From NCBI GenBank assembly GCA_963737265.1, contig CAVTRY010000023.1, positions 32,001-96,000 of the forward strand: 64,000 bases of DNA, read 5' to 3'. The position numbers and the translations under genes were made by a program. Below, one piece after another: positions 40,176 through 49,295 of this stretch. The DNA comes from an uncultured delta proteobacterium. Lineage in GTDB: Bacteria > Myxococcota_A > Polyangia > Fen-1088. The stretch's first letter is position 1, and each line of letters begins with the position of its first letter. A model generated the notes under the pieces. That model was not told where the DNA came from and did no database searches. It worked only from the letters and a program-made list of their open reading frames with translations.

Positions 40176-41891
40176 ATGGCCAGCCTTCAGCGAGTCCACG
40201 TTCGCGGCTACACCTACTGGCGCATCGTCGAATCCCGCCGTGTGAATGGCAAGCCACGCCTTTCCGTGGTTGCCCACCTCGGCAAGGCCGATGATTTGCT
40301 GGTTCGTCTTCGGGCCGCCGACTCCCTTCGCCTCAAGTCCCTATCCCATGGCGCCGTGGCGGCTATCCTCACCGTCGCCCGCGAGCTCAACGTTGCCGGC
40401 ACCATTGATCGTCACCTGACCGGCAGCGGCCGCCGAGACCGACATGCCTCTCGCCATCTGCCTGACCCACGTCGCCGCCCCGAACGCCACGATGGTCTCA
40501 GCGCTGGTCAGACCTTCGAGTTAGGCTGTGTCGGCAGGGCTTGCCATGCCACGGGCAAGCGCGCTTTTGCCGAGTGGGCACGTTCGACGACTCTGGGCGA
40601 ACTCGCCAACATAAATGTCGACCTGCTTTCCAGTCAGCACTTCTGGGATCAGATGGACCAAGTGCCAGTTGAGATTCTTGCATCGATAGAGAGCGAAATC
40701 GTCAGCCGCGCTTTGGAGCGCTTCGATCTCAAGCTCAACACAGTCCTCTACGACGCCACCAATTTCTTCACCTTCATCGATTCCACGAATACCCGCCCCA
40801 AGCTTCCCGCGCGAGGCCACAACAAACAGAAGCGACATGACTTGCGCCAGCTTGGCGTCGCACTCCTGTGCACTCGCGATGAGGGGGTGCCGCTTTTGCA
40901 CCGGACTTACGGAGGTGACGTCCACGATGCGCGATCATTTGCCGACCTCCTCCCGACGATTCGAGAGCGCCTCGTCGAGATCGGCCGAGACCTGCAGTCC
41001 CTAACCATGGTGTACGACAAGGGCAATGTCTCTCGCGCAAACCAGGAGCGCGTGGATGCATCGGCGATTCACTACGTCGCATCTCTCGCTGTCTCGAATC
41101 AACGCTCGCTCATCGCAGAAGCGAATTCGCACCTTGAGGCCATCAAGCTCAACGAGGAGGAATCCGTCCAGGCCTACCGCACCCGACGAAAGATATGGGG
41201 AGCTGAACGCACGGTGGTTGTCGTGGTATCCGAATCGTTTCGTGCTGGGCAGATGCGCGGTGTCCTCCAGCACATAGCATCCGCGCAGAAGTGGCTCAAC
41301 CATCTCGCCGACACGCTGGCGCGGGGCAAGCAACGACGCTCGCGCGAGGCCATTGAGCGCGACATCCAGACCCGACTGATGGGACGCCAGCACCTGCAAC
41401 AGGTCATCCGATGGGAGCTCACGGGAGACAAGCAGCTCTCGCTCAAGCACGAGGTCGCTGCCCAAGCGATTGACGATCTGTCACGCGACGTGCTCGGTCG
41501 GCTCGTTCTCATGACCGATAGAGACACCTGGTCCACCGAGAACGTCATCCGCGCCTACTGCGGTCAGGCCCACGTCGAGGCGGTCTTCGCTCATCTCAAA
41601 GATCCCATGCACGTGATGCTTCGGCCTCAGTACCACTGGACCGACCAGAAGCTCCAGGTTCACGTCTTCATGTGCATCGTCGCCTATCTGCTCACCCGAC
41701 TTCTCCATCTCCGCGCTCAGCGCGCAGGCTACCGTCACTGCCAAGAGGCCTTGCTCGACGGGCTTGCACAGATTAGGAAGGCAACCGTCATCCGTACTAC
41801 TTCCAAGAAGGCACTGCGCACCACCACGCAACTCGAGGACATTGCCCCAGAGCTCAAGGACCTCGTAGACCGACTCGGTGTCTCCCTCTGA
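40176..41891 (+). CDS. DDE transposase (IS1634-like)
   Basis: YWRIVESRRVNGKPR, YDATNF, RGHNKQKRHDLRQ, VYDKG and VEAVFAHLK. Confidence 0.88.
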   Translation: MASLQRVHVRGYTYWRIVESRRVNGKPRLSVVAHLGKADDLLVRLRAADSLRLKSLSHGAVAAILTVARELNVAGTIDRHLTGSGRRDRHASRHLPDPRRRPERHDGLSAGQTFELGCVGRACHATGKRAFAEWARSTTLGELANINVDLLSSQHFWDQMDQVPVEILASIESEIVSRALERFDLKLNTVLYDATNFFTFIDSTNTRPKLPARGHNKQKRHDLRQLGVALLCTRDEGVPLLHRTYGGDVHDARSFADLLPTIRERLVEIGRDLQSLTMVYDKGNVSRANQERVDASAIHYVASLAVSNQRSLIAEANSHLEAIKLNEEESVQAYRTRRKIWGAERTVVVVVSESFRAGQMRGVLQHIASAQKWLNHLADTLARGKQRRSREAIERDIQTRLMGRQHLQQVIRWELTGDKQLSLKHEVAAQAIDDLSRDVLGRLVLMTDRDTWSTENVIRAYCGQAHVEAVFAHLKDPMHVMLRPQYHWTDQKLQVHVFMCIVAYLLTRLLHLRAQRAGYRHCQEALLDGLAQIRKATVIRTTSKKALRTTTQLEDIAPELKDLVDRLGVSL

Positions 41892-41905
41892 AAATTAGTA
41901 TATAC

Positions 41906-41947
41906 GTCCAACTACATAGAATTGTCTGCAATTCTATGTAGTTGGAC
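41906..41947. repeat. Perfect 19-bp hairpin in the IS right end
   Basis: GTCCAACTACATAGAATTG-tctg-CAATTCTATGTAGTTGGAC. Confidence 0.85.
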
Positions 41948-42048
41948 CTCGCTTCTCTCCTCGTCTGGTAAACTCACGCTAGTAGAACCAGACGAGAAGC
42001 CTCTGGGTGCTCTGTGACTCCGTGGTGTCTTCCCGGTGGAGATCAGCG

Positions 42049-43245
42049 TCAGACGCCTTCGCAGAGCAAGCTTGCCAAGGCCCGGGCGACATGGCCGAAG
42101 GCGATGCGCTCTTGCTCCAACCGCACGCGCACGCCGAGGCGGTCGAGTCGAATATCTTCGTAGACGCCGTTTTCATCCGGGGTGAGATGCGCCAGAGGAT
42201 GGTCGTACCTGTCCGGCTCCTCCACCCAAAGTGCCCGGTGGCCAAGCAAGGTCTCGCGGTCCATCAGAAAGGAACGCACGTAGGGGAGAATCGAGCGCAG
42301 GTTGTCCAGGATGGCAAATCCGTGCGTGTCGAGGTCACCCCAGTAAAAGATGGCTTTGTTCTGCAACCACGGGACGAGGCCCAATCGATCGATGCCGTAG
42401 CCCAGGCCAAACAGGATGATGCTTGCCTCGGCTGACGGGAAAGCGAGCCCATTGATTTCGTTTTCGGTGATGAAAACCCGGCGAATGGGTAGGTCGAGCC
42501 GGGCGAGCTGCTCGACCGGAGCAGTGATGTCGTCGAGCCCGTGGATGCGCAGCCGCTCGTCGAGCACGCGAAAACGCAGCAGGGCCGGCTTGCCGAGGAG
42601 GCCGTAGCGGCGTTCGAAGGCCTGGGCGCCCACGGCCAGCGGGTCGATGGCACCCGCCGGCAGGACAAGGTCGAGCAGCTCAATCAGCAGTCGACGATGG
42701 GTCTCGATGAACTTGGTGTGCACGCCGGCCACGTCGATTTGCCTCGCATAGACGGTGGGGCGCGGATGGGTGCGGAACCACGTGACCGCGGCAAGGACGC
42801 GTTGCCAATCGTCGGCATGTTCGAGCAGTTCGAGCGGCTGCCTCGCCACCCATTGCAGAAGCTCAGGGTGCGCGCCTCGGGTTGCCTCGACCAGTCGATC
42901 GAAGGAATCTGCCTGGCGACGTTTTCCGATCAGCGCAAGCGCATCCTCTTCGCTCGGCACCACCAGCGACTGCGGCACGCGGTTCGTACCGAGTTGGCGG
43001 TGATTGACCTCGGTGTAGACGACTTCGTAGCCCGCGCCCACGGCGCTCTTACTGCCTTCCTCCAGGGTGCGGATCCACGCCCGCGCGTCGGCAAAGCGGT
43101 CCGACAGCTCGCGCACTTGCGGCCGCTTCAAGCGTACTGCACAGGGAAACAGCGGTTCGCCGCCAAGCCGCGCCGCCAGGATATGGCCCCGATCCCACAG
43201 CCGCTGGATCTGCGCGCGGACGTCGTCGGGGGTGGTCCAGGCCAT
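42049..43245 (-). CDS. jetD: Wadjet JetD (Toprim nuclease)
   Basis: MAWTTP, GVHTKFIE, ITENEIN, YWGDLDTHGF and RLEQE. Confidence 0.9.
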   Translation of the reverse strand: MAWTTPDDVRAQIQRLWDRGHILAARLGGEPLFPCAVRLKRPQVRELSDRFADARAWIRTLEEGSKSAVGAGYEVVYTEVNHRQLGTNRVPQSLVVPSEEDALALIGKRRQADSFDRLVEATRGAHPELLQWVARQPLELLEHADDWQRVLAAVTWFRTHPRPTVYARQIDVAGVHTKFIETHRRLLIELLDLVLPAGAIDPLAVGAQAFERRYGLLGKPALLRFRVLDERLRIHGLDDITAPVEQLARLDLPIRRVFITENEINGLAFPSAEASIILFGLGYGIDRLGLVPWLQNKAIFYWGDLDTHGFAILDNLRSILPYVRSFLMDRETLLGHRALWVEEPDRYDHPLAHLTPDENGVYEDIRLDRLGVRVRLEQERIAFGHVARALASLLCEGV

Positions 43246-43253
43246 GGGCAGGT

Positions 43254-46200
43254 CTACGAGGCGCGGGCCGCGCGCTCTTTCCGGTACTCCTCGATGGTGA
43301 GATTGCGCAGCATGGACGAGCTTCCGTCTTCGGTGTGGACGAAGCCGACGCCGGCCACGTGGGGTTCGATGATGTGGATCTTCTGCAAGGGCGTGACGAT
43401 GAGGAGCTGGAGGTTCATGCGACCAAAGAGCTCGAGCGCGTAGCGGGCCGATTCGTCGGAGCCGCGCCCGAAGGCTTCATCGATGGCCACGAAACGGAAC
43501 GAGCGCGAGCGCTTCACGCCGCGTTCGAGGCCGAACTGGTAGGCCAGGCTCGCCGCTAGCACGGTGTACGCCAGCTTTTCCTTCTGGCCACCCGATTTAC
43601 CGCCCGAGTCGGTGTAGTGCTCGTGCTCGCGATCATCCTCGCGCCATCTTTCGGAAGCCGAGAAAGTGAACCAATTGCGGACATCGGTGACCCTGCGGGT
43701 CCAGCGCCGGTCGGCGTCGGTCGATCCTTCGCGACCGCGAAAGCGCTCGATGAGGCTCCTTACCTGCAGAAACTTGGCTTCGGAATAGACCGCATCCTCT
43801 GATCCGGTGAGCGCGCCTTCGGTGCAGGCGCGAAGATCTTGCTGAAAATCCCGGATGTCTGCGTCAGGGGTGGCCACGATTTCCAGGGTAATGTAGCGAT
43901 TGGGGTTGTAGTCGATGTCGCGCAGGGATCGGTTGATGGCCTCGATGCGCTCGCGAATGGTTTGGCGCTCGCGGTGCAGCTGCGACTGAAAATTGGCCAC
44001 CTCGCGGATGGCGTTTTCGTTGAGCAGCTCTTTGAACTTGGTCTCGAAGCGTGGCAGGTCGTCTTGCTCCAGCCGCCGCAGCATCTCGCCGAACTCGCCC
44101 GCGGCATCGATACGTGCGTCGATTTCCTGCGTCTCGATGGGGTAGTCCTTGCGATACGCCTCCATCGCTTTGACGATTTTCTCCTCCAAGCGGCGCAGGC
44201 GCTGGTCGAAGGAATCGATTTCCTTTTGCAGCCAGTCGCGCATGTCCTTCTCGCGCGTGTCGCACGACTCGACGGTCAAGACGTGGGGGCCGAGTGCCTC
44301 GTCCCGCATCTCCTCCAGGCGGGGGAAGTCACGCGCCTTCACCTCGACTGGCGTAGCGTCAAGCAGTTGCAAGCATGCTTGGCGCTGCTGCGTAGCCTGA
44401 TCGTATTTGAGCCCGGTCGTGGCAAGCTCGCGGTTCTCCTTGTCGAGCGCATCCTCGGTGGCACGCATGCGCGCCTCCAGGTCCGCCAGTTGTTCTTCCA
44501 AGGTGCGCAGGATGTCCGAGGCCTCCTCCAGTTGGCGACGCTCGCTATCCAGGCGCTCGATCTCGCCGACAAGCGGCTTCCAATCGAGCTCGCGGAAGTC
44601 CTCGAACGCCGACAGTTGGTTTAAGTAGGCCGAGCGCTCCCTCAGCGCCCCCTGCTCTGCTTGCAGGCCCGCCAGGCGCGCAGCGATGTCCTGCATGCGC
44701 GCCTCCAGCGCCTCGCGTTCGGCTTCGAGAGCGGCAATCTTTTCCTCATTGGACCAACCGAGCACGTAGCGCGAGCGATCATCGAGACGATGGCGATCGT
44801 CCTTCTCGTGGCGTCCGCCGCTGGTCTTGATCTGTCCGGCTCGAGTGATGGCCTTCTTCTCGCGCCGAAATTGTTCGAGGGTGCCGCAACAGACGTGGTC
44901 AAAGCGGTGTGCAATCTCGGCTTCCAGCCATCCGTAGAAGGCAGAGTCGGACTTGAGCATGAGCTTGTGCAGGACCGCCGACGGAGAGCCCGCCATATCG
45001 GCCGTGCGATAGGCGAGCACGCGAAAGTAAACCAGCCGCTCGCCGAGGTGCGTGCGATCGACCCACTGAGCCACGCGGGCGTAGTCCGCATCCGGCACCA
45101 GCAGCGAAAGGCCGAAGTTGTACATCAGACGCTCGATGGCACCCTCCCAGTCGCGCTCTTCGGGCCGCACTTGGATCAGCTCGCCAACGAACGGCAGGTT
45201 TTCGTCATCGAGCCCCAGTGCCTGGCAAAGGCTGGTGCGGACGGCGAGGATACGCGAGGGGATGTTGGACCGGCGCGCACGCAACGAGATCAGCTCGTGC
45301 TCGGTTTCGCTGTGCTGTTCCTTGAGCCCGCGCAGGTCGACCGAAACCTCGGTCATATCGTTCTGCACTCGCACCTGACGCGCGGCCGATGCGCCGAGCT
45401 CCTCGGTCAACGCACGGCGGTTGGACTGGAATACGTCCTGATTTCCTGGCACAGGCAGGCGCACGGCAGTGGCCAATTGCGCGTATTGATCGGCGCGGCG
45501 AGAGCGCACGTCCTTGTCCGCCTGCTTCTGTGCGATTTCCGCTTTGATGCGTTCGATGCGGTCGCCACCGTGCTCCGCGATGGCGCGTTTCATGTCGTCG
45601 CGGGATGCTTGCTGCGCACGCTTTTCCTCGTTCCACACCCCGATGCGCGCTTCCAGTTTGGTGATCTCGCCTTGCAGATTGGCCAGCCGCTTTTCGAGCA
45701 GCATCGCCTTGTGCTGGGCGAAGTGCGCGTGCAAGGCATTGCGGCAGTCGCGCAGGGATTGCACTTCGGCCGACAAGGCAGCCTGTTGTTGGCAATCGGC
45801 GATGATGGGCGCGAGTCGCGCGATCTGCGCCTTGGCCTTGAGGACTGCCTCGTGGGCGCGGTTGAGGTCGTCGAAGTGATGCACCAGCGCTTCGATGCGC
45901 TCGTCGACCGGAAACGCCTCGAGCATGTGTTGGCGGACAAAGTCGGTCAGGTTGCCGACCGACTTCATCGACACGGTCTGGTGGAAGAGATCCAGCGCCT
46001 GGTCGTTCTCGATGCCGAAACGCCGGCGAAACCCCGCTGCGTAGGGTGGAAAACTGTCAAAAAGCTCGGTCTTCGGCAGACGGCGCAGGCGTTTCCGCAG
46101 ATCGCCGATGTCGCTGCCGAAGTTGGCAAAGTCCCGAGCGATCGAAAGCTCGGTATCGGACAAGACGAAGAGGCGGGTCGGTTGGCCCTCGGCATCCTTG

Positions 46201-46634
46201 AGCCAGAACACCTGGGCCAGCGTTACGGTTTGGTCGTAACCTTCGTTGAAAAAGCGAGCCAGCAGCACCGAGTAGGTGTTGCCGTCGCGCAAGGAAACCG
46301 GCCGTGCGGAGAGACCCACGTCCCCCCGTTCGGTCTTGTAATGGCCAAGAACGTACGACCGCAACGTGCGCTCGCGCGTCTCGGCCCCGGCGGCTTTGTT
46401 GTAGGCGACCTTCTGCGGCGGCACGAGCAAGGTCGTGATCGCGTCGATCAGGGTCGACTTGCCCGACCCGATATCGCCGGTGAGAAGCACGTTCTCACCA
46501 CCCGGGACCAGGCTCCAGACATGCTGGTGAAAGGTGCCCCAGTTGAAGATTTCAAGCCGGTGCAGGCGAAAACCCGCGCGCTCGTCGGATGCGGCGAAGT
46601 CGAGCGGACCCTGAAGCGCTTGCTCGTTGCTCAC
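43254..46634 (-). CDS. jetC: Wadjet JetC (SMC-like ATPase)
   Basis: NWGTF, GDIGSGKST, long coiled coil, KSGGQKEKL and IDEAF; GTGA-coupled to jetB. Confidence 0.92.
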   Translation of the reverse strand: MSNEQALQGPLDFAASDERAGFRLHRLEIFNWGTFHQHVWSLVPGGENVLLTGDIGSGKSTLIDAITTLLVPPQKVAYNKAAGAETRERTLRSYVLGHYKTERGDVGLSARPVSLRDGNTYSVLLARFFNEGYDQTVTLAQVFWLKDAEGQPTRLFVLSDTELSIARDFANFGSDIGDLRKRLRRLPKTELFDSFPPYAAGFRRRFGIENDQALDLFHQTVSMKSVGNLTDFVRQHMLEAFPVDERIEALVHHFDDLNRAHEAVLKAKAQIARLAPIIADCQQQAALSAEVQSLRDCRNALHAHFAQHKAMLLEKRLANLQGEITKLEARIGVWNEEKRAQQASRDDMKRAIAEHGGDRIERIKAEIAQKQADKDVRSRRADQYAQLATAVRLPVPGNQDVFQSNRRALTEELGASAARQVRVQNDMTEVSVDLRGLKEQHSETEHELISLRARRSNIPSRILAVRTSLCQALGLDDENLPFVGELIQVRPEERDWEGAIERLMYNFGLSLLVPDADYARVAQWVDRTHLGERLVYFRVLAYRTADMAGSPSAVLHKLMLKSDSAFYGWLEAEIAHRFDHVCCGTLEQFRREKKAITRAGQIKTSGGRHEKDDRHRLDDRSRYVLGWSNEEKIAALEAEREALEARMQDIAARLAGLQAEQGALRERSAYLNQLSAFEDFRELDWKPLVGEIERLDSERRQLEEASDILRTLEEQLADLEARMRATEDALDKENRELATTGLKYDQATQQRQACLQLLDATPVEVKARDFPRLEEMRDEALGPHVLTVESCDTREKDMRDWLQKEIDSFDQRLRRLEEKIVKAMEAYRKDYPIETQEIDARIDAAGEFGEMLRRLEQDDLPRFETKFKELLNENAIREVANFQSQLHRERQTIRERIEAINRSLRDIDYNPNRYITLEIVATPDADIRDFQQDLRACTEGALTGSEDAVYSEAKFLQVRSLIERFRGREGSTDADRRWTRRVTDVRNWFTFSASERWREDDREHEHYTDSGGKSGGQKEKLAYTVLAASLAYQFGLERGVKRSRSFRFVAIDEAFGRGSDESARYALELFGRMNLQLLIVTPLQKIHIIEPHVAGVGFVHTEDGSSSMLRNLTIEEYRKERAARAS

Positions 46635-47257
46635 GACTCCGATTCCTGTTTGTCGGCCGCGGCGGCCGCCATCTGACCGGCGTACTCGGCCAACCGCCGA
46701 TCGAAATCGCCGAGCCATTGCGCATCGACGAAGGCCTTGAGAATGCGCTGCACCTCGAACTGGTCATCTTTGCCACGCAGCCGGCGCAGAAAGCCCATCT
46801 CGACGATCTTGTTCAGGTGCGCGTCCAGCCGGTCCATCAGCCGGGCTTCGTTGGCGGTCTCGGGCAGGAGAATTCTCACCATGTCCACGATCTGTTCGCG
46901 GCCCAGGATGATGCGCGTGCCCTCGCCCTGGGCGTCGAGCTCGACCATCTTCTTACGTAGGAGCACGAGAAGAAGACTCACTTGATAGCCAAGCGGCCGG
47001 CGCGCCACCAGGCGCGGAAGCTCGGGCTCGCCCGTCGAGGCAACGCGCTGGCGCAGATACGCGTAGCCTTCGGCCTCGTCCACCATCAGCTCCAAGCCAA
47101 GCGGTGCCACGTGGTCGCGCACGCGAGGCTGAAGGTCGATGAGCGCCTGCCACTGCTTGGCATCGGTCTCGGCATGCAGGACGCCCTTCATGAGCGAGAT
47201 CAACACCAGCGAAAACGCGTTCCGCCCCACCACCTCGTCGGGATGTGTTTCTGTCAT
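46631..47257 (-). CDS. jetB: Wadjet JetB
   Basis: LMKGV...DEAEGYAYLRQ...PRLVARRPL; positioned between jetA and jetC. Confidence 0.88.
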   Translation of the reverse strand: MTETHPDEVVGRNAFSLVLISLMKGVLHAETDAKQWQALIDLQPRVRDHVAPLGLELMVDEAEGYAYLRQRVASTGEPELPRLVARRPLGYQVSLLLVLLRKKMVELDAQGEGTRIILGREQIVDMVRILLPETANEARLMDRLDAHLNKIVEMGFLRRLRGKDDQFEVQRILKAFVDAQWLGDFDRRLAEYAGQMAAAAADKQESES

Positions 47258-47380
47258 GCCTGCTACCCACGCGCCAGCGTCGTGTGCTCGGCGAATCTAG
47301 GTCCGACCGACGCGCGAGGCAAGGGTGGAAGGTGCCACGCCGCGCGGAAAATGGGGGGTCGGCATCGCAAGTGCGACCGG

Positions 47381-47468
47381 ATCATCAGCATACAGGCGCC
47401 AGTCCCGCGCGCTAGGCGACATCGACCGCCTCGCGCTCCACCACCGGGCGCATCCGCATGGCTTCGAG
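47381..47468 (-). pseudogene. Relic junction of an MNT-HEPN toxin-antitoxin pair
   Basis: ...RMRPVVEREAVDVA* overlaps MSPSARDWRLYADD, resembling an MNT C-terminus and DUF86/HEPN N-terminus. Confidence 0.55.
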
Positions 47469-47479
47469 TATACCGCGAG

Positions 47480-48916
47480 TCATCGGCAGTAAACCACCAG
47501 GGGAATGGTCGCCTGGCGCGGACTTCCCGACGGGTCGAGCCACGAGATGGTCTGCTTCTGTTCATCGTCGATGTGAGCGCGACGATCATCGGCCGCCAGG
47601 CTGAGGTAGGCCACGAGCTCTGCCAGACCGCGCGCCAGCGGTCGCAATTCGAGCAGCTCGGCAAGCGAAATCTGCGGCCGCAGCTGCAGAGAGCGGCGAA
47701 TGTGGCCAGCCAGCTCGGCCTTATCCACGTACACCTGCTCGTAAAGGACGTCGGTCGGAATGTCGCCCGAGCCCTCGACCAAGATCCGGTCGGCAATGGT
47801 GGGCTTCCAGGGTGGCGAGAACAGGGGCCGCTCCATGGGCAAATCGATTTGTGGGGCGGGCTCGTCAATCTCGACGAAGGCGCACGTCGGCATGTGGGTT
47901 CGGACGGACAGCGCGCACTGCTCGATGGTGTGGATGGTCTGCATGATCTGTCGGTTTTCGAGCCACGCTTTTTCGTCTAGGTAGCGGCGCAGTTGCTCGG
48001 ACAGGCGCGCCACGGTTCGCTGTGCGACTTCGCCGGCTTCGAGCCAGTCGTAGTGTATGCGAAGCAGGCGAGCGCTTGGTTCGAGCTGGCGCACGGCCGG
48101 CAGCTCATAGGCCGACTCAAGCAAAGAGGAGAGCTCTTCCTGCCGAGCTGGCGACATGAGAAAATCCCAGAAGGCGCGAAAGCTTCGGCCCTGGTCCGAG
48201 TCGCTGATGGCGTCGCGCTCGCCGAAGATCTCGTCGAGCAGCGCGCCCTTGTTGCCGTCCCAGGTGGCGATCTTCTCGCGAACCACTCGGTCGAGATCGC
48301 GAAAGCTCTGTTCGAGCTCGCGAAAATCCGCCAACAGCGCGTACGCCATGTCGGACATTTGCGCGAAGCGGTCCCGCACCTGGGCCGCGTCCATGAGATC
48401 GACGTGGCCTGCGCGGATACGTGCGAGCTCGGCGGCGATCTCACTCTCGCGCTTCTCCAGCTCTGCTATGCGAGCCTCGGGATCCGTTGTGGTGCCCTCC
48501 ACGATCTGTCGCAACAATTCGAAAACCGTGATGAGGCGCGACTCGGTGCCGACGAACTGGCGCTGGCGCAAGCTGGACAGCCAAGCAAGTGCCTTCTCGG
48601 ACGCAGGCGTCAGGTCGAAGTGCGGCTCGTCGCTGTCTTGCGGATAGTACTTGCGCAGCCAGCCGCGGTCTTCGGCGGCCCAGTCGTCGAGATACTCGCT
48701 CGCGCCGCGTGGAAAGGCGCTCTCGCCCAGCCGCTCGCGCAGATGAAACAGGTAATCGTCCAATTTCGCGACCAACTCTTGCTGCGAAATCGTCCGGACA
48801 TTGCGTTCGATGAAGCTGCGGTGGAGAAAACTGGCTACCAGCGGCGCACTATCCGCCACCAGCAGGCGCCAGCCGGGATGCTTCCTACGGAGCGTGTCGA
48901 GGGTTTGGAAATCCAT
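47480..48916 (-). CDS. jetA: Wadjet JetA
   Basis: HPGWRLL, GWLRKYY, FVGTESRL and SDQGRSFRAFWDFL. Confidence 0.9.
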   Translation of the reverse strand: MDFQTLDTLRRKHPGWRLLVADSAPLVASFLHRSFIERNVRTISQQELVAKLDDYLFHLRERLGESAFPRGASEYLDDWAAEDRGWLRKYYPQDSDEPHFDLTPASEKALAWLSSLRQRQFVGTESRLITVFELLRQIVEGTTTDPEARIAELEKRESEIAAELARIRAGHVDLMDAAQVRDRFAQMSDMAYALLADFRELEQSFRDLDRVVREKIATWDGNKGALLDEIFGERDAISDSDQGRSFRAFWDFLMSPARQEELSSLLESAYELPAVRQLEPSARLLRIHYDWLEAGEVAQRTVARLSEQLRRYLDEKAWLENRQIMQTIHTIEQCALSVRTHMPTCAFVEIDEPAPQIDLPMERPLFSPPWKPTIADRILVEGSGDIPTDVLYEQVYVDKAELAGHIRRSLQLRPQISLAELLELRPLARGLAELVAYLSLAADDRRAHIDDEQKQTISWLDPSGSPRQATIPLVVYCR

Positions 48917-49035
48917 TGCCCTTCAAGAGCTTTCTAACCGAATAGAGAGCTACAAGCATCCATCGGTATCGCCATAGGACGAGGGGTCGGGAAAACCAAG
49001 ACAAGAGAAAACCCATCGCTTTCGATGGCTTACAG

Positions 49036-49118
49036 TGCGGTCGGGGAGACTCGAACTCCCACAGCTATTAACCACCAGAACCTGAATCTGGCGCGTCTAC
49101 CAGTTCCGCCACGACCGC
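49036..49118 (-). tRNA. tRNA-Leu (CAG)
   Basis: Reverse complement GCGGTCG...CGACCGCA with CCAGA-TTCAGGT-TCTGG anticodon arm and GTTCGAGTC T-loop. Confidence 0.95.
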
Positions 49119-49295
49119 TTGCGAACGATTCCGACCCGGAGCGTTCTCGCGAGCTCTCCGAGTCAGGGGTGCTCTTGTAGCACAAGCGCCCGGCACGTCC
49201 AAGTGCTTCTGAGTTTCGCAGCACACCTCGTCCCACTTGGTTCCAATTTGGGGGTTCGGACAGCACCGGAAGATCGGGTGTAAGATTGCAGTCAG

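Larger units (their letters stand above)
39933..41978 (+). mobile_element. IS1634-like insertion sequence flanked by CTAG
   Basis: Ends CGTGAGTTTACC (from 39933) and GGTAAACTCACG (to 41978); CTAG at 39929-39932 and 41979-41982. Confidence 0.85.

Noticed and set aside
44661-46676. 671-aa plus-strand ORF, and similar long shadow ORFs such as 5559..6770 and 52942..54432
   Set aside because: These are antisense shadows of real genes, expected in high-GC DNA.
29471-49118. Two convergent tRNA-Leu genes sharing 24 nt, read as att sites or an invertible segment
   Set aside because: Both are complete, different isoacceptors, and the shared sequence is ordinary D-arm conservation.
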